DNA from: a virus
Taxonomy: Duplodnaviria > Caudoviricetes
Virus record (IMG/VR): IMGVR_UViG_3300042453_005489
Span: 1-31,581 of that record
Length of the DNA: 31,581 nucleotides
Strand: one strand, 5' to 3'
In this document: positions 25,936 to 31,581 of the stretch, piece after piece
Layout: every line of letters begins with the position of its first letter
Numbering within the stretch: position 1 is the stretch's first letter
The notes under the pieces: generated by a model
The model's database searches: none
What the model was told of the DNA's origin: nothing
The model's input: only the letters and a program-made list of their open reading frames with translations
Position numbers and translations under genes: made by a program

Positions 25936-26829
25936 ATGATTTCTACAACACCGATCCGCGCAACGTCTGCGCTTGACTTCCCGCTATCTTCTCTTGCCGG
26001 CTTGAAATCTCTTACATGGTATTACATCAATGACAGCGACCTAGGCGGCTTTCGCGCCGATCTGCTAGCGGAGATCGTTGCGCCGCTGCAAGCTACCCAA
26101 GCGCAAGCCAAAAAAGGTAAAACGCCTGTAAGCAACCTTGCAGCGTCTCTCTTCGCGAATGCAATACAGCCAATGCCGATTGTGACTATTGGCGCGCAAA
26201 CAGCTACACTAGCGCAACCGCGCGGCTATAAGACAAAACACGTACGGCTTGCAACGCTAGCGCATATCAAATACCTGATTGACAACCCGCCCGTTGACGC
26301 GGATCCCGCCGTTCTGCGCTCTCTTCGCCTGCTTACAGCTGAGACTATACGCAACGCTTTTGCCCCGCTTGACAGCGCCGTCAAGCAAGCGCTAGCGCCT
26401 TCGCCCAAACCGCCGATCTCTGCGCCGCCAGCGCCTGTAGAACAGCGCGTACTATTTCTGCAAGCGCCGCCGATCCGCTTGTCTAAAATGACTATGGCAA
26501 GCAATGCAGATCTCTCAGTTGCAGAACAGCCGCCCGCGCCCGCTGAACAGCCCGCGCCTATAGAGCCGCGTACTACTTACCAGATCACGCGTCGCTATCT
26601 ACGGGAAGAAGACGATCCTACGCTGTACAAGATCTTCGCCGATCTCCTATACCGCGCCGCTGATTCTGCGGCCATGCAGCCCGGCGTTGATTACCAAACG
26701 CGCCAAACCAAGAACGGGGTAGCCGTACGGCTGTTTGACGAAGAGAAAGCAAAGCAGCTCGTACGCACCGTGTATCGTCTCGCAAAGAAGGTACAGGCGG
26801 CTATTGAGACGAAGGAGATCCCGAAATGA
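25936..26829 (+). CDS. Hypothetical protein with Pro-rich linker (297 aa)
   Basis: AAGGGG RBS, long ORF, ATGA coupling to the next gene. Confidence 0.75.
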   Translation: MISTTPIRATSALDFPLSSLAGLKSLTWYYINDSDLGGFRADLLAEIVAPLQATQAQAKKGKTPVSNLAASLFANAIQPMPIVTIGAQTATLAQPRGYKTKHVRLATLAHIKYLIDNPPVDADPAVLRSLRLLTAETIRNAFAPLDSAVKQALAPSPKPPISAPPAPVEQRVLFLQAPPIRLSKMTMASNADLSVAEQPPAPAEQPAPIEPRTTYQITRRYLREEDDPTLYKIFADLLYRAADSAAMQPGVDYQTRQTKNGVAVRLFDEEKAKQLVRTVYRLAKKVQAAIETKEIPK

Positions 26830-27326
26830 AAAACCGCGCGGCTATGATTTCTTCTGCAGACGAGACTTGGAATACGCCCGCCGTTGTTCTTGACGCGTTG
26901 CGCGCGGGCTTCGGAGAGATCGGCCTTGATCCCTGTGACAACGCGGGCTCTCTTACGCTAGCGCGCAAATCGTACAGGAAAGATCGCGGTGAAGACGGGC
27001 TTGCGTCTTCTTGGCAAGATTGCGGGCTTGTGTTTGTCAACCCGCCGTACGGGCGAGAGATCTCGAAATGGGCTAAGAAGGCTGCAATAGAAGCAGGCAA
27101 GGGCGCGGAGATCGTTTCGCTAGTGCCCGCCCGCGTTGATACTTCTTGGTTTGAGACGCTGACTACCAACGCGGCCGCCGTTCTCTTTTGGCGCGGCCGC
27201 CTTCGTTTCGGCAATGCTACAAGCGGCGCGCCCTTCCCTAGCGCCCTTGTCTACCATGGTGAGCAGATCGATCTCTTCATACATACCTTTCGCGATCGCG
27301 GATCTCTCTGGGTACCTCTCGCCTAA
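26826..27326 (+). CDS. Phage-type DNA N6-adenine methyltransferase (Dam-like family)
   Basis: WNTP, LDPC, VFVNPPYGREISKW, LVPARVDTSWF, GRLRFG and APFPSA motifs. Confidence 0.93.
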   Translation: MKNRAAMISSADETWNTPAVVLDALRAGFGEIGLDPCDNAGSLTLARKSYRKDRGEDGLASSWQDCGLVFVNPPYGREISKWAKKAAIEAGKGAEIVSLVPARVDTSWFETLTTNAAAVLFWRGRLRFGNATSGAPFPSALVYHGEQIDLFIHTFRDRGSLWVPLA

Positions 27327-27343
27327 AAAATCTTCACTAGCGC

Positions 27344-27494
27344 AAAGCCTTACTACGAAAGGCTTTCCGCTTTCTTCAAAAACTATTTTCAACTTTTTTT
27401 CATTCATGCGTCAATTTTTATTGACACACAAAGAAAGGTACGGTAGAACGTTCTTACGTTGCACGGAGAAAGCAACCAACAAGGAGAAAACAAA
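27344..27494 (+). promoter_or_regulatory. Repeated promoter cassette, copy 1
   Basis: AAAGCCTT-N7-AAGGCTTT, a T-tract, GTCAA-N6-TTGAC, TTGACA(27421)-17-TAGAAC, AACGTTCTTACGTT, GTTGC..GCAAC hairpin and AAGGAG. Confidence 0.85.
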
Positions 27495-27839
27495 ATGGTT
27501 ACTAAATACTTTGTAGATTTGACAAACGGCCAAACAATTCAAGTCCCTCAAAAACAGGTTGAGACAGTAGATGCAACAGAATATCAACGCATCTTTGGCA
27601 AGCCCGCAAACAAGCGCTCTATGATGATTTGCCGCGTATTTCAAGAAGTAGAAGGCGGCGTTCTCATGAAACCATTTAACAACGTTTGGTACACAAACGT
27701 TTCTCGCGTTGTGAAGTTTGACAGTTTGCCATTGGCGCTAGGTACAGCTCATGAGTGTGATTCTCGCTGTATGCATGCAAAAGGCCGCGTAATGAATTGC
27801 GAATGCGCTTGCGGCGGCAAGAATCACGGCAAGAAGTAA
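27495..27839 (+). CDS. Hypothetical Cys-rich protein (C-terminal CxxxCxxAxG..CxCxCGGxNHG), start MVTKYF
   Basis: RBS and cassette upstream. Metal-binding-type C-terminal motif. Confidence 0.8.
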   Translation: MVTKYFVDLTNGQTIQVPQKQVETVDATEYQRIFGKPANKRSMMICRVFQEVEGGVLMKPFNNVWYTNVSRVVKFDSLPLALGTAHECDSRCMHAKGRVMNCECACGGKNHGKK

Positions 27840-27846
27840 GCAATGC

Positions 27847-27872
27847 GCGGGGCGGTAGAGAAGCCGCCCCGC
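27847..27872 (+). promoter_or_regulatory. GC-rich intergenic hairpin
   Basis: GCGGGGCGG-N8-CCGCCCCGC, with no U-tract. Confidence 0.6.
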
Positions 27873-27913
27873 TATCTCTCAACAACAACAACATACGCAA
27901 CGGAGAAGCCAAA

Positions 27914-28300
27914 ATGAAAAACTGTGAGATCTGCGATACCGAAAGCACCAAAGAAATTTGCGACATCTGCGAGGCTACGCGCCCGCAAGATTGCATTGTT
28001 TGCGGCGAGATCGCCCATGGCTTGACTTGCGATGTTTGCGCCGTCAAAAGCGCCAATAGCGCAAAGCAGGCTTGCCCGATCTGCGATTGCTATTACAGCG
28101 AAGAGAGCGACGTTTGCAGCGGTTGCGCTAGCGAGATGGAATGGCAAGAGAATTGTGAGGTTGAAGCTTGCCTGTATTGCGATCACCTCGGAACGCCGCT
28201 TGACGGCAAGCAAGCCGCTAGCATTGGCTGGGATCTTGTTGCCGCTGAACACGCCAAAGATTGCGAGTGGGTTTTGACGCAAGCGCATACTCTCAACTAA
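27914..28300 (+). CDS. Multi-CxxC acidic protein, start MKNCEIC
   Basis: GGAG RBS and seven CxxC pairs. Confidence 0.75.
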   Translation: MKNCEICDTESTKEICDICEATRPQDCIVCGEIAHGLTCDVCAVKSANSAKQACPICDCYYSEESDVCSGCASEMEWQENCEVEACLYCDHLGTPLDGKQAASIGWDLVAAEHAKDCEWVLTQAHTLN

Positions 28301-28329
28301 CAACCAACAACAACATAGGAGATCTTCCA

Positions 28330-28401
28330 ATGAAGAAGCTAGTGCTAGTTGTGAAAAGCGGCCCCGCCTTCGGAAAGCCAAGAACTAAGAAGAAGAACTA
28401 A
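28330..28401 (+). CDS. Putative 23-aa basic peptide (MKKLVLVVKSGPAFGKPRTKKKN)
   Basis: AGGAG RBS with a CAA-rich leader. It fills the intergenic gap. Confidence 0.5.
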   Translation: MKKLVLVVKSGPAFGKPRTKKKN

Positions 28402-28413
28402 CAAACAATCAAC

Positions 28414-28442
28414 GCGGGGCGTAGTAGATGACTACGCCCCGC
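28414..28442 (+). promoter_or_regulatory. GC-rich intergenic hairpin
   Basis: GCGGGGCGTAGT-AGATG-ACTACGCCCCGC, a 12-bp perfect stem just before the RBS of the RecT-like gene. Confidence 0.65.
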
Positions 28443-28460
28443 CCATACGGAGAAAGCACA

Positions 28461-29348
28461 ATGTCAAACGAACTCTCTATTCTGCAACAAGATCTCTCTT
28501 TGGCTGCAACGCTTATCAAGTCAGGTCTTTTGCCCGCTAGCGTCAAAACACCAGAAGCCGCCGTTGTCATTATCATGACGGGGCGAGAGCTCGGACTCTT
28601 GCCGCTGCAAGCTTTGCGGTCTATTTCGGTAGTAGAAGGCAAGCCAACTCTGTCCGCAGATCTGCTATTGGCGCTTGCGTACAAGTCAGGACATTGCACG
28701 GGCTATGAAATTCTTGAACTCACCGACGAGAAGTGTGTTGTGCAGATCGCGCGAAACGGGATCGTCAAGCCGCCGTACTCCTACACAATCGAAGAAGCGC
28801 GCAAGGCGGGGCTTGCGAACCGCCCAAATTGGCAAAGACATACGAAAGCAATGCTACGCGCCAGAGCAACGGCGGCCGCTTGCCGCGCGTATTTTCCAGA
28901 TGTTGTGCTAGGTCTATACACGCCAGATGAACTTGACGATCTCTCGCCCGTACCCGCAGAAGCCGCGCCCGCAAGAGCAGAGATCGTCAAGCCCGCCGTC
29001 GTTGTAGATATCAAACCCGCCTTGCCCGCAGAACAAACGAAACCCGCCCTTCCCGCCGGGCTTTCGAAAGAAGACGAAGAAGAGGCTACGATACAGATTG
29101 AAGCCGTCAAAAACGCAATTCTCGCCGCTGCAACGGTTGCAGATCTCGACAGGCTAGGTGCGCAGATTATGGCTCTACATCCGATTGTGAAAGATGCAGT
29201 GAGATCTCTCTTCGTCTCAACGCGGAAGGAGAAATCCGAAATCGAAAAGAATTTGTTTCGCCCGCGTTCGGAATCAGGTTTGGCTCTTAGCGGCGAAGAT
29301 CGCGCGTCTCAACCCGTATCAACTACGCCAAACGCAAAGACTGATTGA
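28461..29348 (+). CDS. RecT/Red-beta-like single-strand annealing protein, start MSNELS
   Basis: GRELGLLPLQALRSISVVEGKPTL, EARKAGL, W..HTKAMLRARA and FPDVVLGLYTPDEL motifs. Confidence 0.88.
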   Translation: MSNELSILQQDLSLAATLIKSGLLPASVKTPEAAVVIIMTGRELGLLPLQALRSISVVEGKPTLSADLLLALAYKSGHCTGYEILELTDEKCVVQIARNGIVKPPYSYTIEEARKAGLANRPNWQRHTKAMLRARATAAACRAYFPDVVLGLYTPDELDDLSPVPAEAAPARAEIVKPAVVVDIKPALPAEQTKPALPAGLSKEDEEEATIQIEAVKNAILAAATVADLDRLGAQIMALHPIVKDAVRSLFVSTRKEKSEIEKNLFRPRSESGLALSGEDRASQPVSTTPNAKTD

Positions 29349-29355
29349 TAGCAAG

Positions 29356-29547
29356 TTGACTTCGTATAGCGGCGAAGAGATCTCGTTTCTTCGCCGCGCC
29401 CTTGCAGATAGAGAAAGCATTATACGCCCGTACGTAGGGCAGAATTGGCAAACTGACTATGATAAAAAGATCGCTTACAGCGCGGCTAGAAGAGAGAAAG
29501 CCCGCGCCAATAGACGCAACAACCGCCCAAACAATCGCAGAAGTTGA
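29356..29547 (+). CDS. Possible small basic protein
   Basis: Fills the gap after the RecT-like gene, but has a TTG start, a weak RBS and an 89-bp overlap with the next ORF. Confidence 0.35.
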   Translation: MTSYSGEEISFLRRALADRESIIRPYVGQNWQTDYDKKIAYSAARREKARANRRNNRPNNRRS

Positions 29548-29944
29548 GATCGCCGTTTGCCTTGCATACGGGATCACGCCTGAGGAACTTGCAAGCGGAA
29601 GTAGCTTGCATCTTGTCGCAAAAGCGAGAGCTCTTGCAGCCGATCTCTTGCGCGGAAAATGTAGCAATACACAGCGCGCCGCCCTCTGGCGCGTATCTTC
29701 TGCAACGATCGTTTACGCGCAACGCTTACCAACGCTTGACGCGCGCGCCTTCGCGCCGTTTCGTAGTCTAGCCTTGCAGCGGCTTGCAGAGATCTCCGCT
29801 TCTCTCGCAAGCGAAAGCTCGTCAAAAGAACAGAAGGCGGTACGCCGCGCGGTCAAAAAACGCGCTGAACAGATCTCCGAAATCATAAACGCCGCTCGTT
29901 CCGGGCGCGATCTGCAAGAATCTCAACAAGCGGAAACCTTGTAA
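29459..29944 (+). CDS. Protein with a DnaA C-terminal (domain IV)-like HTH
   Basis: IAEVEIAVCLAYGITPEELASGS...VAKARALAADLLR...SNTQRAALW...SATIVYA aligns by eye to the DnaA domain IV pattern. Confidence 0.6.
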   Translation: MIKRSLTARLEERKPAPIDATTAQTIAEVEIAVCLAYGITPEELASGSSLHLVAKARALAADLLRGKCSNTQRAALWRVSSATIVYAQRLPTLDARAFAPFRSLALQRLAEISASLASESSSKEQKAVRRAVKKRAEQISEIINAARSGRDLQESQQAETL

Positions 29945-30071
29945 CCATGCGGCTTTCAGCTTCCTCAAAATCTTTTTTTGCATTGCTTGTCAATTTTTCT
30001 TGACGCAAGAAACAGAGTGTGCGATAACGTTCTTACGTTGCAACGAACAGCAACGAAGGAGAGAAAACAAA
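29933..30071 (+). promoter_or_regulatory. Repeated promoter cassette, copy 2
   Basis: Degenerate GAAA.C..GGCTTTC palindrome, a T-tract, GTCAA-N6-TTGAC, TTGACG(30000)-17-GATAAC, AACGTTCTTACGTT at 30026-30039, hairpin and AAGGAG. Confidence 0.85.
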
Positions 30072-30272
30072 ATGACAAGCGCACAAATCAAAAAACAAAA
30101 TCGTATCGCAAAGCTTCAAAAGATGATCAAGTCAAACAACTCGATGATCGACGATGCAACTGAGTCCCTCCTGCGAGGTCACAACGCAAGCCGCTGCCTT
30201 GCAGACATCGAGCTGTTCAAGAAAGAAAATCAGCGCATCGTTCGCAACCTAGAAAGACTTGGCGCAGCCTAA
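30072..30272 (+). CDS. Small coiled-coil hypothetical protein (start MTSAQI, 66 aa)
   Basis: Has its own cassette, RBS and terminator. Confidence 0.75.
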   Translation: MTSAQIKKQNRIAKLQKMIKSNNSMIDDATESLLRGHNASRCLADIELFKKENQRIVRNLERLGAA

Positions 30273-30280
30273 GAATGAAA

Positions 30281-30304
30281 GGGGAGCGACAAGCTCCCCG
30301 CTTT
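30281..30304 (+). terminator. Probable terminator
   Basis: GGGGAGC-GACAA-GCTCCCC followed by GCTTT, right after the stop. Confidence 0.6.
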
Positions 30305-30317
30305 AACATTAATAGCT

Positions 30318-30457
30318 CAAAGCCTTGCTACAAAAGGCTTTGCGCTATACGCAGAATTTTTTTTCATTCGTGCGTCAATTTTTCTTGACTCGACAAAATA
30401 ATTAAGATAGAACGTTCTTACGTTGCACGGAGAAAGCAACGAAGGAGAGAAGCCAAC
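30318..30457 (+). promoter_or_regulatory. Repeated promoter cassette, copy 3
   Basis: CAAAGCCTT-N7-AAGGCTTTG, a T-tract, GTCAA-N6-TTGAC, TTGACT(30385)-17-TAGAAC, AACGTTCTTACGTT at 30411-30424, hairpin and AAGGAG. Confidence 0.85.
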
Positions 30458-31546
30458 ATGAAAACAAACAAATTCGCCGCAGACTGTAACTCTTGCAAAG
30501 CCCGCGTAGCTGCAAACGAAGGTTCTCTTACCCGTGGAAATGGGCGTTGGGTTGTGACTTGCATCGCTTGCCAAGAAGGCGGCGCTAGCAAGCAAGAAGA
30601 AGTTGTTGTTGCAGAGGTCGTCAAAGAAGAAATCAATGTCGTTGCAGAAGAAGTTGTTGTTGCAAACTTGAAGATCGCCCGCCCGGATACTCTTAGCGAC
30701 AAAGCCCGCGTATGGGCGCTTGATGTTCAAGCCCGCCTTGTCAACGAGACGATCACCGCTTTTGCAGAAGCATTCGCAAGGGCTGCAACCAACGAAGAGA
30801 AGCTGCTTCTCATCTGTATGCGCAACTACTTTGTGTCTTCTTTGGTAATGAGAATCAAAGCTTCCATTTGGATTGACTGGCGCTTTGAAACAATCACCGC
30901 AGACAAGATCATTGCAATTGCAAACAACGCGGGCAGAAGCGTTTCTGATTTTCTTAGCTACTTCCTTCTTTCGATCTCTGCCCGCGAAACGATAGACGCT
31001 GATTACGAAGCAGAACTGATGTTTGCAAAAGAGCGCGCGGCGCGCATTGCAGAAGAAAGCGCAAAGCGCCAAGAAGAAGCGCAAACAATCGTTGGCAAGA
31101 TTGAACAGGCAAAGCGCCTTGTTCGTAGCTACGGCAAGAGCGAGAACGTAGTTTTTACGCTTGAGAATACCGAAACCAAGAATACCTACGCGTATTGCGT
31201 TTCGGTGCGTCTAAACGCAATTCTTGTAAGTGTAGCGACGGGCGGCGAGAAGACAGGCAAGAACAGCGCGCTGTTTGTCGGCGAGATCGCAGATGGCTTC
31301 TCTTTTACTGTCTCGCCCGCTTGCGTACTACCAAAGACAAGCAAGCGCCTTCGCGCCCTTGTTTGGCTGTTCTCTCTTCTCTCTGCAAGCAAGCCCATAC
31401 CCGCCCATATCAAAATCAACTTGCAGCCTAGCGTTGAATTCTGTTGGCGAGACGGCGAAGAAGCCCGCGTTGTTTCTTGGGGCGCAGATGACTATGAGGT
31501 TGACGATCTTGGAGAAGAAGTCAGCTACTACAGTTTAATGCACTAG
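30458..31546 (+). CDS. Hypothetical protein with N-terminal zinc ribbon (362 aa)
   Basis: NKFAADCNSC...CIAC. Cassette and RBS upstream. Confidence 0.8.
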   Translation: MKTNKFAADCNSCKARVAANEGSLTRGNGRWVVTCIACQEGGASKQEEVVVAEVVKEEINVVAEEVVVANLKIARPDTLSDKARVWALDVQARLVNETITAFAEAFARAATNEEKLLLICMRNYFVSSLVMRIKASIWIDWRFETITADKIIAIANNAGRSVSDFLSYFLLSISARETIDADYEAELMFAKERAARIAEESAKRQEEAQTIVGKIEQAKRLVRSYGKSENVVFTLENTETKNTYAYCVSVRLNAILVSVATGGEKTGKNSALFVGEIADGFSFTVSPACVLPKTSKRLRALVWLFSLLSASKPIPAHIKINLQPSVEFCWRDGEEARVVSWGADDYEVDDLGEEVSYYSLMH

Positions 31547-31581
31547 CAATCAACATATGCGCGGCGGTTGTTGCGGCCGCC

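Noticed and set aside
27344-30457. Cassettes as CRISPR repeats or integron attC sites
   Set aside because: Spacing is hundreds to thousands of bp, the repeats contain promoter and RBS elements, and no integron integrase or cas gene is visible.
30317-31084. 255-aa minus-strand ORF
   Set aside because: Antisense to the 362-aa gene, and it runs through a promoter cassette.
1-31581. Stop-codon reassignment suggested by the many TAG-containing words
   Set aside because: Conserved genes are full length in the standard code and coding density is high.
31559-31581. GC-rich inverted repeat at the right edge
   Set aside because: Possibly a terminator, but it is cut by the window end and cannot be assessed.

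Overview
This is a gene-dense (~50-55% GC by eye) section of a tailed dsDNA phage or prophage, probably with a long non-contractile tail, since a tube is present and no sheath. It has two divergent arms. The left arm (minus strand, ~23620 to 1) carries small accessory genes, an amino-DNA methyltransferase, two MazG-like proteins, an HTH protein and a ParB-like protein. These are followed by TerS, TerL, a Mu-like head module (DUF935 portal, protease/scaffold, DUF2190, capsid-E-type major capsid, gp36-like adaptor), tail tube, tail chaperone with a -1 frameshift, a probable distal tail protein, tape measure, hub and fibre-like genes. The right arm (plus strand, 24394-31546) is an early-type region with a C5 methyltransferase encoded in two overlapping frames, a phage N6-adenine methyltransferase, a RecT-like annealing protein, a DnaA domain-IV-like protein and Cys-rich small proteins. 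This arm is punctuated by repeated ~140-150 bp promoter cassettes. I recognised no integrase, transposase, repressor, polymerase, helicase, lysis gene, tRNA or CRISPR array. The most notable features are (1) the >1 kb dual-frame methyltransferase with overlapping ATG/GTG starts behind one RBS, (2) the repeated palindrome-promoter-operator-hairpin cassettes, (3) twin DnaA-box-like palindromes before the virion operon, together with a phage DnaA-IV-like gene, and (4) an apparent CTAG-rich, CCWGG-free composition. All family calls come from motif recognition by eye, not from database searches.
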